Assembly (NCBI GenBank): GCA_964648865.1
Contig: CAZYLV010000001.1
Span: 18,476 to 82,475, forward strand
Direction of reading: 5' to 3'
Source: an uncultured Gammaproteobacteria bacterium
Lineage (GTDB): Bacteria; Patescibacteriota; Patescibacteriia; 2-12-FULL-57-11
Length of the DNA: 64,000 nucleotides
Of the stretch, positions 41,239-51,226 are shown in pieces. The translations under genes and the position numbers were made by a program. Position 1 is the first letter of the stretch; each line of letters begins with the position of its first letter. Under the pieces are notes generated by a model. That model searched no databases. It saw nothing but the letters and a program-made list of their open reading frames with translations, and was not told the origin of the DNA.

Positions 41239-42348
41239 CTACCGGAACATCCCGCCGATGCCGTCGATGATGCCGCCGCCGAAACGCCGGACGTCCTGGA
41301 AGGTCACGAGCAGCGCGAGTAGCAGGAGAAGCGCGAAGCCGATCTGGTGGACGATGCCCTCGAGCGCGCGGTCCACCGGCTTGCGGCGGATCTTCTCGAT
41401 GGCCAAGAAGAGCACGCGCCCGCCGTCGAGCGCCGGCAGCGGCAGCAGGTTGATGACCGCCAGGTTGATGGAGAGCAGCGCCGTGAACTGCAGGAGATAC
41501 GTGAAGCCGAGCCGCGCCACCTGCCCGGTGGCCACGGCGATGCCGACCGGTCCGGCGACGTCGGCCGTGACCCCGTTGCCGGAGAAGATGCTCACCACGA
41601 GAGAACCGAGCGCGGCGAAGACGGCGATGGTGTTGCGCCAGGTGAGCTCGAGCCCGCGCAGCGGCGCAAGATACCAGGGGTAGGAGACGATGCCGCTCTC
41701 GACCAGCCCGACACCGATGCCGGGCTTGCCGGTCTGCTCCAGCACGACCGGCGTGACGGCGACGTTCCGCGTCCCGTCGCTGCCCCGCCGCACCTCGAGC
41801 GTCACCTCGCGCCCCGCGGAGACCGCGATGCGCTCCGTGAGATCGACGAAGGAGACCACGGCCGCGCCGTCGATGGCGGCGATGCGGTCGCCGTAGGAGA
41901 GTCCCGCGCTCTCGGCGGGAGAGCCGGGCAGGACGTCCGTCACGGTGATGGAACGCTCGCGGATGCGCGCCGCGGACGGCTGGCCCTCGAGCGCCTCCGG
42001 CAGGCCGATGGCCGCACCGATCGTGAACAGTCCCCAGGCGAGCAGCAGGTTCATGAGCACGCCCGCGGCGAGGATGAGCAGCCGGCGCGGCGCGCTCTGG
42101 CGGACGAAGGAATCCGGATCGCGTCCGTCCTCGCCGCTCTCGCCCTTGATGCGCACGAAGCCGCCCAGCGGGATCCAATTGACCGAATACGTCGTCCCCC
42201 CGCGCTTCACCCCGAAGGCGCGCGGCGGGAACCCGAAGCCGAACTCCTCGACCTTCACGCCGAGGCGTTTGGCCGAGAAGTAGTGGCCGAACTCGTGCAC
42301 GAAGACGAGCACCGAAAGGACGACGAGGAAGAGGATGATGGTGGTCAT
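41239..42348 (-). CDS. rseP: Site-2 protease RseP (zinc metalloprotease with PDZ domain).
   Basis: HEFGH motif in TM1, PDZ domain, LDGG. Confidence 0.8.
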   Translation of the reverse strand: MTTIILFLVVLSVLVFVHEFGHYFSAKRLGVKVEEFGFGFPPRAFGVKRGGTTYSVNWIPLGGFVRIKGESGEDGRDPDSFVRQSAPRRLLILAAGVLMNLLLAWGLFTIGAAIGLPEALEGQPSAARIRERSITVTDVLPGSPAESAGLSYGDRIAAIDGAAVVSFVDLTERIAVSAGREVTLEVRRGSDGTRNVAVTPVVLEQTGKPGIGVGLVESGIVSYPWYLAPLRGLELTWRNTIAVFAALGSLVVSIFSGNGVTADVAGPVGIAVATGQVARLGFTYLLQFTALLSINLAVINLLPLPALDGGRVLFLAIEKIRRKPVDRALEGIVHQIGFALLLLLALLVTFQDVRRFGGGIIDGIGGMFR

Positions 42349-43151
42349 GGGAGGGTGACGCGCCGGAAGGTCACCGGCGCACCGAGGAAACGCGAGGCCA
42401 GGGCCGAGACGGCGCCGGCGTCAGCCGTCGTATCATACGCGCGGTCGCCGGTTTGGTCGATGCGGCCGGCGAGCTCCGGATGGCGGGCGAGATAGGCGGC
42501 GAGCTTGTCCGCGACGGTGGCCTCCTGCGTGAGGAGCGTCACGCCGGGCAGCTGCGCGCGGAAGGCATCGGCGACGAACGCGAAGTGCGTGCAGGCCAGG
42601 AGCGCGGCGTCCGCGCCCTGGGCCTTGGCGCAGGCCGAGGCGATCTCCTCGGCGGCGGCCCAGCTCCCCTCCTCACCGCGTTCGATGGCGCCGGCCAAGG
42701 TCGGGCAGGCGATCTCCTCGACCGTGGCCCCCGCGCGCAGCGCATGCACCTCACGTCCGTAGGCGCCGCTCGCGACCGTCGCGCGCGTGCCGAAGACGGC
42801 CACCGTGCCGCTGCGCGTCGCCGCGGCCAGGGTCTCCGCGCCCGGACGCACCACACCGAGCACGCGCCGATCCGGGAACTCGCGCGGCAGGACCTCCTGC
42901 TGGATGCGCCGCAACGCCCCGGACGACGCCGTGTTGCAGGCCAGGATGACCAACGGGCAGCCAGCCGCGAAGAGACGCCGCACGCCCTGGAGCGCGAAGG
43001 TGAAGATCTCCTCCTGGCTGCGCGGGCCGTACGGTGCGCGGGCGTTGTCGCCGAGATAGTGCGTGGCGAGCGTCGGCACGCGGGCCTGCACGGCGCGCAG
43101 CACCGTCAGCCCGCCGACGCCGGAATCGAAGACACCGAGCGGTCCGGTCAT
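42345..43151 (-). CDS. murI: Glutamate racemase.
   Basis: VFDSGVGGLTV and ACNTAS motifs. Start at the Met at 43151 within the longer ORF. Confidence 0.8.
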   Translation of the reverse strand: MTGPLGVFDSGVGGLTVLRAVQARVPTLATHYLGDNARAPYGPRSQEEIFTFALQGVRRLFAAGCPLVILACNTASSGALRRIQQEVLPREFPDRRVLGVVRPGAETLAAATRSGTVAVFGTRATVASGAYGREVHALRAGATVEEIACPTLAGAIERGEEGSWAAAEEIASACAKAQGADAALLACTHFAFVADAFRAQLPGVTLLTQEATVADKLAAYLARHPELAGRIDQTGDRAYDTTADAGAVSALASRFLGAPVTFRRVTLP

Positions 43152-44500
43152 GTCCGGCGGATCAGCGCGCTGAGCTCGTCGCGCATCTCCTCCATGCGGG
43201 GGCGCGTCTTGCCTTCGACGTTGAGGCGCAGCACCGGCTCGGTGTTCGAGGCGCGCACCGAGCACCACCAGTCGGCGTACTCGATGCGGAGCCCGTCGAT
43301 CTCGATGACCCGGACCGCTCCGGGCGCGAAGCGCCCGCGGATGCGCTCGATCGCGCCGGCCTTATCCTCGACGGCGAAGTTGAGCTCCCCGGAGTGCGCG
43401 TAGCGACGCAGCGGCGCGACGAGCGCCGAGAGCGGCTTCCCGCTGCGACGGATGAGGTCGACGACCATGAACGCGACGGCGTCCGGGCATTCCACGCCGA
43501 AGAAATCCCGGAAGTAGAAATGGCTGGAGAGCTCACCGGCGAAGGCGGCGCCCTCCTCGCGCATCTGCCGCTTGATGTGGGCGTGCCCGACGCGGCACAT
43601 GACGTGCCGGCCGCCGGCCCGCTCCACCTCCTCGGCCACGGTCCAGCTGCAGCGCACGTCGGAGAGCACCGCGGCACCCGGGTGCGTCTTGAGGATCTCC
43701 GGCGCGAGCAGTGCGATGACCAGGTCCCCCGGCACGGTCTCGCCGGTCTCGTCCACGATGCCGATGCGGTCGGCGTCGCCGTCATAGGCGATGCCGAGCG
43801 CGGCGCCCCGCTCGCGTACCGCGCGCTTGAGGTCGGCGAGCGTCTCCTCCTTGATGGGGTTGGCCTCGTGGTTGGGGAAGGTACCGTCGAGCTCGAGGAA
43901 CAGCGGGACGAGGCGCACGTCGGGCAAAGCCGCGAAAAGCGTCTGCACCACGTGCCCGGCCATGCCGTTGCCGGTGTCGACCGCCACGGTCATCACGGCG
44001 TCCGGTGCGTCCGGGACGAGGGACGCGACCTTCCCGACGTAGGGCGCCAGGTAATCCTCCGCGCGCACGTTCCCGTGCCGCGTCGCCTCCGGAAAGGAGC
44101 CGGCGAGCGCCAGGTCGCGGATCTCCTCCATGCCGCTGCCGCTGCCGATGGGCATGGCGTCGCCCAAGCAGAGCTTGAAGCCGTTGTACTGCGCCGGATT
44201 GTGCGAGGCCGTGACCATGATGCCGCCGTCCGCGCCCGAGGTCGCGACGGCGAAGTAGAACATCGGCGTCGTGGTCAGGCCCATGGCGATGACGTCCGCC
44301 CCCTGGCCGACGATGCCGGCGATGAGCGCCTCCGTGAGTCCGGTCGACGTGGCGCGCATGTCGCGGCCCACCAGGACGGTTTTGGCCCCGGTATGGACCA
44401 CGAAGGCCCGGCCCAACGTTTCCGCGAGCGCGGCGTCGATCTCGCCCGGGGAAAGGCCCCGGATATCGTAGGATTTGAAGACGCCGGGAGGGATGGGCAT
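43148..44500 (-). CDS. Phosphomannomutase/phosphoglucomutase.
   Basis: TASHNPAQYNGFK active-site loop. Confidence 0.85.
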   Translation of the reverse strand: MPIPPGVFKSYDIRGLSPGEIDAALAETLGRAFVVHTGAKTVLVGRDMRATSTGLTEALIAGIVGQGADVIAMGLTTTPMFYFAVATSGADGGIMVTASHNPAQYNGFKLCLGDAMPIGSGSGMEEIRDLALAGSFPEATRHGNVRAEDYLAPYVGKVASLVPDAPDAVMTVAVDTGNGMAGHVVQTLFAALPDVRLVPLFLELDGTFPNHEANPIKEETLADLKRAVRERGAALGIAYDGDADRIGIVDETGETVPGDLVIALLAPEILKTHPGAAVLSDVRCSWTVAEEVERAGGRHVMCRVGHAHIKRQMREEGAAFAGELSSHFYFRDFFGVECPDAVAFMVVDLIRRSGKPLSALVAPLRRYAHSGELNFAVEDKAGAIERIRGRFAPGAVRVIEIDGLRIEYADWWCSVRASNTEPVLRLNVEGKTRPRMEEMRDELSALIRRT

Positions 44501-44561
44501 AGCGCTTGTCAGCTGCGCGAATCGCGCCTATAGTATAGAGGAAGATTGACTCCCGCAACCT

Positions 44562-45116
44562 ATGTACCTGGCTTGGATCCTGCTCGGCGTCGTGGTGCTC
44601 CTGGGCGCCTGGTTCGTCCTCACCTACAACAACCTCATCACCAAGCGCAACCGCGTCGACGAGGCGTGGTCGGACATCGACGTCCAGCTGAAACGCCGCT
44701 ACGACCTCATCCCCAACGTCGTCGAGACGGTGCGCGGCTACGCCAAGCACGAATCCTCGACCTTCGAGAACGTCATCAAGGCGCGCAGCATCGCCATGGG
44801 TGCGCAGACGCTCGAGGAGCACGCCAAGGCCGAGAACATGCTCACCGGCGCGCTCAAGTCGCTGTTCGCGGTGGCCGAGGCCTACCCGGAGCTCAAGGCC
44901 TCCACCAACTTCCTGCAGCTGCAGGATGAGCTGCGCGACGCCGAGGACAAGATCCAGGCCGCGCGCCGCTTCTACAACGGCAACGTGCGCGACTTCAACA
45001 CCGCGCTGCAGGTCTTCCCGACCAACCTCATCGCCGGCATGTTCGGCTTCACCGCGCGCCAGTTCTTCGAGCTCGCCAACGAGGCGGAACGCGCCGCCCC
45101 GCAGGTCAAGTTCTGA
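44562..45116 (+). CDS. lemA: LemA family protein.
   Basis: N-terminal TM helix and LemA core. TATAGT -10 upstream. Confidence 0.8.
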   Translation: MYLAWILLGVVVLLGAWFVLTYNNLITKRNRVDEAWSDIDVQLKRRYDLIPNVVETVRGYAKHESSTFENVIKARSIAMGAQTLEEHAKAENMLTGALKSLFAVAEAYPELKASTNFLQLQDELRDAEDKIQAARRFYNGNVRDFNTALQVFPTNLIAGMFGFTARQFFELANEAERAAPQVKF

Positions 45117-46000
45117 TGGCCTCGCCGATCTACACCCAGATCGCCGACAACAAGCGACGCACCTTCCTCCTCATCGCCCTGTTCGTCCTGCTCATCGTGG
45201 CCCTCGGCGGATCCTACGCCTGGCTCACCGACGCGGGCCTCGGCCCGCTCGGCCTGGCCGGGGCCTTCGCCGCGGGCGCCGCGCTGGCCTCCTACTACGC
45301 CGGAGACACGATGGCGCTGTGGAGCGCCGGCGCGGTGGGGCCGCTCGAGAAGCGGCAGCAGCCGTACCTCTACCGGATGCTCGAGAACCTGACCATCGCC
45401 GCGGGCGTGCCGATGCCCAAGCTCTACGTCATCCCGGATCCGGCCATCAACGCCTTCGCCGCCGGCCGAGATCCGCGGCACGCCTCCGTGGCGGTGACCG
45501 TCGGTGCCGTCGAGAAGCTCACCAACGAGGAGCTCGAAGGGGTGCTGGCGCACGAGCTCTCGCACATCCGCAACTACGACATCCGGGTGATGACCATCGT
45601 CGTGGTGCTGGCCGGGACCGTCGCCATCCTGGCGGACTGGTTCCTGCGCATGGGCCTCGGCGGACGGCGGCGTGAGGGCGGCCTGCTGCCCCTGGCGCTG
45701 ATCGGGCTCCTGCTCGCGCTCCTGGCCCCGCTGGCGGCCGAGCTCATCAAGCTCGCCGTCTCGCGGCGGCGCGAGTACCTGGCCGACGCTTCCGGCGCGC
45801 TGCTCACCCGCTTCCCCGAGGGCCTGGCGCGGGCCCTGGAGAAGATCGGCCGCGAAGCGCGACCGATGCTCCGCCGCAACACGGCCACGGCCCACCTCTT
45901 CCTGAGCGAGCCGGCCGCCGGCCGCTGGCAGTCGCTCTTCTCCACCCATCCTCCGCTCGCGGACCGCATCCGCATCCTGCGCGGCATGACCGCCGGCTGA
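45116..46000 (+). CDS. htpX: Zinc metalloprotease HtpX (M48).
   Basis: HELSHIRNYD motif. ATGA overlap with lemA. Confidence 0.85.
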   Translation: MASPIYTQIADNKRRTFLLIALFVLLIVALGGSYAWLTDAGLGPLGLAGAFAAGAALASYYAGDTMALWSAGAVGPLEKRQQPYLYRMLENLTIAAGVPMPKLYVIPDPAINAFAAGRDPRHASVAVTVGAVEKLTNEELEGVLAHELSHIRNYDIRVMTIVVVLAGTVAILADWFLRMGLGGRRREGGLLPLALIGLLLALLAPLAAELIKLAVSRRREYLADASGALLTRFPEGLARALEKIGREARPMLRRNTATAHLFLSEPAAGRWQSLFSTHPPLADRIRILRGMTAG

Positions 46001-46009
46001 CGACGACCT

Positions 46010-48532
46010 ATGGATCCCGAACTGCTCGAAAAATTCACCTCGCACCTCAAGAGCGTCCTGGTGCGCGCCTATAACCTGGCGCATGAGCTCGGCGTGCCGA
46101 CCATCGGGGTCGAGCACCTGCTGTGGTCGTTGGTCACCGAGCGCGGCTCCATCGGCGCGGAGATCCTCACCAAGGCCAAGCTCGCGCCGGACGCGCTGCG
46201 CGAGCGCATCGCCGCCAAGGCCCTGGAGGGCACCGCCAAGAGTGACGCCCCGCTGCCGCCGCAGCTCGGCGAGGAGACCAAGCGGGCCATCGAGAAGGCC
46301 GTGCACGCCGCCAACCAGCACGAGCACAAGTACGTCGGCACCGAGCACCTGCTCTCCGGGATGCTGGCCGCCGATGACGGTACGCTCGCGGAGCTGCTGC
46401 GCGCCCAACAGGTGGACCCCGCCGGCATCAAGGAGCAGCTCGCCACGGTGCTCAAGTCGACGTCCAAATTCCCGGACATCGCCGAGGGCCTGCCGGTCGA
46501 GGACCGTCCGCGCGCGCCGGAGGTGCCGAGGCCCGAGCAGCAGGGCAAGAAGAAACAGGCCGGCAAGACCCCGGCGCTCGACTATTTCACCGTGGACCTC
46601 ACCGGTGCCGAAGCCCAGAAGCGCATCGACCCGGTCGTCGGCCGGGAACGCGAGATCGAACGCGTCATCGAGATCCTCAGCCGCCGCACAAAGAACAATC
46701 CCCTGCTCCTCGGCGAACCGGGCGTCGGCAAGACGGCCATCGTCGAAGGGCTGGCGCGACGCATCGTGGCCGGCGAGGTGCCGGACGCGCTGCGACGCAA
46801 GCGCATCCTCTCCTTGGACCTGGCGCTCGTCGTGGCCGGCACCATGTACCGCGGCGAGTTCGAAGGCCGCCTCAAGCAGATCATCGACGAGGTCAAGGCG
46901 CACCCGGAGGTCATCCTCTTCCTGGACGAGGCCCACACCATCTCCGGCGCCGGATCGGCCTCCGGCTCGCTCGACGCCGCCAACATCCTCAAGCCGGCGT
47001 TGGCGCGCGGCGAGATCCGCTGCATCGGCGCCACGACCTTCGACGAGTACAAGAAGCACATCGAGTCCGACAGCGCGCTCGACCGGCGCTTCCAGAGCCT
47101 CGAGGTGCGCGAACCCTCGGCGGCCGAGACGCGCGAGATCCTCGCGGGGGTCAAGACGCATTACGAGAAGTACCACAACGTGCGTATCCAGGACGCGGCC
47201 TGTGCCGAGGCGGTGTCGCTCGCCGAGCGCTACCTCTCGGAGCGCCGCTTCCCCGACAAGGCCCTCGACCTCATCGACGAGGCCGCGGCCGGCGTCAAGG
47301 TGCGCGCCGGCGGCGAGCCGCACGCCCAGGAAAGCCGCACGCTCGAGGCGGCCATCGACCAGGCCAGCCGCCGCAAGCAGGATGCCGTCTCCGGCGAACG
47401 CTACGTCGAAGCCTTGGAATGGAAGGAGCGCGAGAACCGGCTGCGCGCCAAGCTCAGCGAGCTGCTGGAGCGCGTCGGACGCAAGGGCCGCGAGCCCGTC
47501 GGCGCGGTAGGCCGCGCCGACGTCGCCGCCGTGGTGGCGCGCATGACCGGTGTCCCGGTCGAAGAGCTCACCCAGTCGGACGCCGAACGGCTGCTGACGC
47601 TCGAGGACGACCTCCGTCGCCACGTCGTCGGGCAGGACCACGTGCTCGGCGGGTTGGCCGATGCCGTGCGGCGCGCCCGCGCCGGCCTCGCCTCGCCCGA
47701 CCGCCCGTCGGCCTCGTTGCTCTTCATGGGCCCCTCGGGCGTCGGCAAGACCGAACTCGCCAAGGCCCTGGCAACGACCGTCTTCCACGACCCCAAGGCC
47801 CTCATCCGCATCGACATGTCCGAGTTCGGCGAGGCCTTCACCGTCTCCAAACTGCTCGGCTCCCCGGCAGGCTACGTCGGTTACCGCGACGCCAACAAGC
47901 TGACCGACGCCGTGCGCCGCCGCCCGTACAGCGTGGTGCTGTTCGACGAGTTGGAGAAGGCGCACCCGGACGTGCTCAACCTGCTGCTGCAGATCCTCGA
48001 CGAGGGGCAGGTCACCGACGCCGCCGGCCGCACCGTCTCCTTCCGCCAGACGATCGTCGTCATGACCTCGAACGTCGGGCTGGAGCGCTACCTGCGCGGA
48101 CCCTTCGGCTTCACCGACGCCGGCACGCGCGCGGACCTCGACGAACAGGACCTGCGCCGCGAGGCGCTGGCCCACTTCCGGCCGGAGCTCGTCAACCGCA
48201 TCGACCGCGTCTTCGTCTTCCGTCCGCTCACCGCCGAGCATCTCGAGGCCGTCGTCGCCAAGGAGATCCGCGGCCTGGCCGTCCGGCTCGAGGAGCGGCG
48301 CGTGGCGCTCCATGCCAGCCCGGCCGCGGTGCGTCGCCTGGCCGAAATGGCCGACCAACCCGAGAAAGGCGCCCGTGCCGTGCGCGCGCTGGTGCAGGAG
48401 CACGTCGAAGGTCCGGCCGCGCGCATGCTGCTCGCAGCCGGGGACAAGCGTATCCGCAACCTGATGCTCGAGAAGAAGGGTGACGCGCTCACGCTGGTCA
48501 CCCGGACGGCCCGCCGCACCAAGGCGGCCTGA
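46010..48532 (+). CDS. clpC: ATP-dependent Clp protease ATP-binding subunit (ClpC-type AAA+).
   Basis: Two AAA+ modules (GEPGVGKTAIVEGLA, GPSGVGKTELAKALA) and an N-terminal Clp_N repeat. Confidence 0.85.
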   Translation: MDPELLEKFTSHLKSVLVRAYNLAHELGVPTIGVEHLLWSLVTERGSIGAEILTKAKLAPDALRERIAAKALEGTAKSDAPLPPQLGEETKRAIEKAVHAANQHEHKYVGTEHLLSGMLAADDGTLAELLRAQQVDPAGIKEQLATVLKSTSKFPDIAEGLPVEDRPRAPEVPRPEQQGKKKQAGKTPALDYFTVDLTGAEAQKRIDPVVGREREIERVIEILSRRTKNNPLLLGEPGVGKTAIVEGLARRIVAGEVPDALRRKRILSLDLALVVAGTMYRGEFEGRLKQIIDEVKAHPEVILFLDEAHTISGAGSASGSLDAANILKPALARGEIRCIGATTFDEYKKHIESDSALDRRFQSLEVREPSAAETREILAGVKTHYEKYHNVRIQDAACAEAVSLAERYLSERRFPDKALDLIDEAAAGVKVRAGGEPHAQESRTLEAAIDQASRRKQDAVSGERYVEALEWKERENRLRAKLSELLERVGRKGREPVGAVGRADVAAVVARMTGVPVEELTQSDAERLLTLEDDLRRHVVGQDHVLGGLADAVRRARAGLASPDRPSASLLFMGPSGVGKTELAKALATTVFHDPKALIRIDMSEFGEAFTVSKLLGSPAGYVGYRDANKLTDAVRRRPYSVVLFDELEKAHPDVLNLLLQILDEGQVTDAAGRTVSFRQTIVVMTSNVGLERYLRGPFGFTDAGTRADLDEQDLRREALAHFRPELVNRIDRVFVFRPLTAEHLEAVVAKEIRGLAVRLEERRVALHASPAAVRRLAEMADQPEKGARAVRALVQEHVEGPAARMLLAAGDKRIRNLMLEKKGDALTLVTRTARRTKAA

Positions 48533-48537
48533 CGCCT

Positions 48538-49338
48538 ATGGCGGAGGAACTCACCATCGACGGTCCCGGCGCCGAATTCGCGGCGGCCGCGGACCTCACC
48601 CGCGCGCGCCTGCAGGCGCAACGCGCGCAACCTTCCCCGCCCCCGGCGGCGCTGCTCGAGGCTGCTGCGGCGGATGAAGAGGAGCAGCTCCTGGCCGAGG
48701 AAGAAGCCGAGCAGGACGCCCGCCGGCTGCTCGCGCGCTCCCGCCGCGCTGCCGGCGCGCGCGGCGGTGCCGACGAGGGCGCGGCATCACTGGGCTCGGA
48801 GCTCACCAGCTACGCGGAGGAGCTCATCGAAGTCATCACCTTCTTCGTGCAGATCGAGACCATCATCGTGCCGTTCGCGCTCTTCTTCAAATGGTCGCTG
48901 CAGTTCTGGGGCGGGAACCTCGGCCTCATGCCCAGCCTGATCGGCCCGGCCGTGAAAGGGCTGGAAAAGGTCGCGGAAGCCGCATCGGCAGGCACCAAGA
49001 CCGCCGCCAAGGCGGGCTCCACGGGCGTGACGCAGGCCACCGGCCAGACCGCGAGCGCCTCCGGCGGAGGCGGCCTGCAGTCCGCCGCACAGCAGCTGGC
49101 AGGCGGAGGCGACGAGGGCGTCAAACCCATCTCCATCGGCCTCATCTTCCTGACCACGCTCATCTGGATCGCCCTTGGCGTCCTGATCGTCGCGAACTTC
49201 CTGGTGGTCGTCGCCGTGCCGCTTCTCCTGGCCGGCGGCGCGGCCGGCGTCTTCGTGGGCGTCTGCTCCGCGCTCGGCGACCTTTGCACAAACGAGACGT
49301 TCTCGAGCATCATAGAGTGGTTCTCGTCCATCTTCTAG
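48538..49338 (+). CDS. Hypothetical membrane protein with multiple TM helices and a Gly/Ala-rich loop.
   Basis: ORF starting 6 nt after the clpC stop. Confidence 0.5.
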   Translation: MAEELTIDGPGAEFAAAADLTRARLQAQRAQPSPPPAALLEAAAADEEEQLLAEEEAEQDARRLLARSRRAAGARGGADEGAASLGSELTSYAEELIEVITFFVQIETIIVPFALFFKWSLQFWGGNLGLMPSLIGPAVKGLEKVAEAASAGTKTAAKAGSTGVTQATGQTASASGGGGLQSAAQQLAGGGDEGVKPISIGLIFLTTLIWIALGVLIVANFLVVVAVPLLLAGGAAGVFVGVCSALGDLCTNETFSSIIEWFSSIF

Positions 49339-49343
49339 CGACT

Positions 49344-50558
49344 ATGCTCAGGAGGATCCTCGTCATCGCGGCGTTCGCGGCATTCACCCTCAGCATGGGG
49401 TTCGCCTTGTGGTGGTTCTTCTTCCGTCCGCCCACGGAACGGCTGCCGACGGTCGTCACCAACGCCAACGTCGCACCGCCGACGGGGCTCCCGGGCGCCG
49501 GCGTCGGACTCCCCGGCGCGGTCAACGCGCCGCCGGGCGGCGCGCCCCCTCCGGCTGCGCGCATCGCCAGCGGCGGGTTGACCCTGGCCGCGGCCGTCAC
49601 CCCCATCGCCGTCGACGCGGCGTCGCTCTCCCCCGACGGCGACGGGGTGCGGTTCTACGATCCGGACGAAGGCAAGTTCTACCGCGTCGATCCGGACACC
49701 GGGGAACGCACGGCGCTCTCGGACAAGCGCTTCCCCGACGTCGAGACCGTGGCCTGGGCGCCGACGGAAGACAAGGCGGTGCTGGAGTTCCCGGATGGCT
49801 CCAACGTGATGTTCGATTTCGGCTCGCAGCGCCAGGTGACGCTGCCCAAGCACTGGGAGGAGTTCCAGTTCTCCGCCGACTCGCGCAAGCTGGCGAGCAA
49901 ATCGCTCGGCATCGACCCGTCCAACCGTTGGCTGGTGGTCTCCAACGCCGACGGCTCGAGTGCCGTGCCCATCCAGGAGCTCGGCAACAACGAGGCCAAG
50001 GTCAACGTCAACATGTCCCCGACCGGACAGGTGGTGGCCTTCTCACGGACCGGCGAGGCGCAGGGCTTCGGCCGTCAGGAGATCCTGCTCATCGGCCAGA
50101 ACAAGGAGAACTTCAAGGGGCTCGTCGTCGAGGGGCTCAACTTCCAGGGCCAGTGGGCGCCGGACGGCAAGCGCCTGCTCTACAGCGCCGTCTCCCCGAC
50201 CGACGACTACCGCCCGATGCTCTGGGTCACCGATGCCTTCGGCCAGGACATCGGCAACAACCGCCGCAAGCTCAACCTCAACACCTGGGCGGACAAGTGC
50301 ACCTTCTCCGGCACGGCGACCCTCTTCTGCGCGGTGCCGCGCGAGCTGGAACGCGGCGTCGGCCTGGAACGGCGCATCGCCGACAACGTGCCGGACGACC
50401 TCTACAGCATCGACCTGGCCACCGGCGCGCGCCGGCTCGTCGCCCGTCCGGACTCGGACTCCACGATGACGCAGCTGATGGTCTCGCCGGACGGCCGCAC
50501 CCTGACCTTCGTCGAGCAGGGCTCGAACATCCTGCGGCAGATCCGTCTGGCGCCGTAG
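49344..50558 (+). CDS. Membrane-anchored TolB-like / PD40 beta-propeller protein.
   Basis: N-terminal TM helix and repeated beta-propeller-like segments (SPDG...). Confidence 0.5.
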   Translation: MLRRILVIAAFAAFTLSMGFALWWFFFRPPTERLPTVVTNANVAPPTGLPGAGVGLPGAVNAPPGGAPPPAARIASGGLTLAAAVTPIAVDAASLSPDGDGVRFYDPDEGKFYRVDPDTGERTALSDKRFPDVETVAWAPTEDKAVLEFPDGSNVMFDFGSQRQVTLPKHWEEFQFSADSRKLASKSLGIDPSNRWLVVSNADGSSAVPIQELGNNEAKVNVNMSPTGQVVAFSRTGEAQGFGRQEILLIGQNKENFKGLVVEGLNFQGQWAPDGKRLLYSAVSPTDDYRPMLWVTDAFGQDIGNNRRKLNLNTWADKCTFSGTATLFCAVPRELERGVGLERRIADNVPDDLYSIDLATGARRLVARPDSDSTMTQLMVSPDGRTLTFVEQGSNILRQIRLAP

Positions 50559-50559
50559 T

Positions 50560-51204
50560 ATGCCGCGACCGCCGCTCGTCGTGCTCTTCCTGTTCTCCCT
50601 CTCGGCGGTCCTGCTCGTGATTTTCGGCATGCTGGTCTTCCGGGACGACGGCCGGCAGCCGCCCGAGCCCGCTCCCCTGCCCGAGACCCGCAGCGCGCCC
50701 GAGGTGACGGTCGCGGACCCGGTGCGCGGCAACGCCGCGGCGGATGCGCCGACGATCGTCGTCTTCGGCGACTACCAATGCGAGTATTGCCGCCAGCTCG
50801 AGACGACGCTGGCCGAGATCGAGGTCGGACGTCCGGACGTGCGCATCGCCTGGAAGAACCTGCCGCTGCGTCTCGAGCATCCCCAGGCCCAATTGGCCGC
50901 GGAAGCGGCGCTCTGCGCCGGCCGCCAGGGGCGCCACTGGGAGATGCACGACCTGCTCATGGGCGTCGCCCTGCCGACGACGGCGGAGCTGGCCGTCCCC
51001 TTGGCCGAGGAGGTCGGCATCGACGCCGAAGCCTTCCGGACCTGTCTGGCGACCGGCGCCACACGGCCGCTCGTGGACCGGACCGTGGAGGAGGCGCTGG
51101 CGCTGGGCGTCGACGGCGTCCCCTACCTCTTCGTCGGCAGCCAGCGCTTCTCCGGATTCGTGGAACCCGCGGCGATCCTTGCGGCGCTCGAGGCGCAACG
51201 CTGA
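50560..51204 (+). CDS. dsbA: DsbA-family thiol:disulfide oxidoreductase.
   Basis: N-terminal TM helix and CEYC (CxxC) active site. Confidence 0.7.
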   Translation: MPRPPLVVLFLFSLSAVLLVIFGMLVFRDDGRQPPEPAPLPETRSAPEVTVADPVRGNAAADAPTIVVFGDYQCEYCRQLETTLAEIEVGRPDVRIAWKNLPLRLEHPQAQLAAEAALCAGRQGRHWEMHDLLMGVALPTTAELAVPLAEEVGIDAEAFRTCLATGATRPLVDRTVEEALALGVDGVPYLFVGSQRFSGFVEPAAILAALEAQR

Positions 51205-51226
51205 GCTGTGCTACAATAGGCCGCGT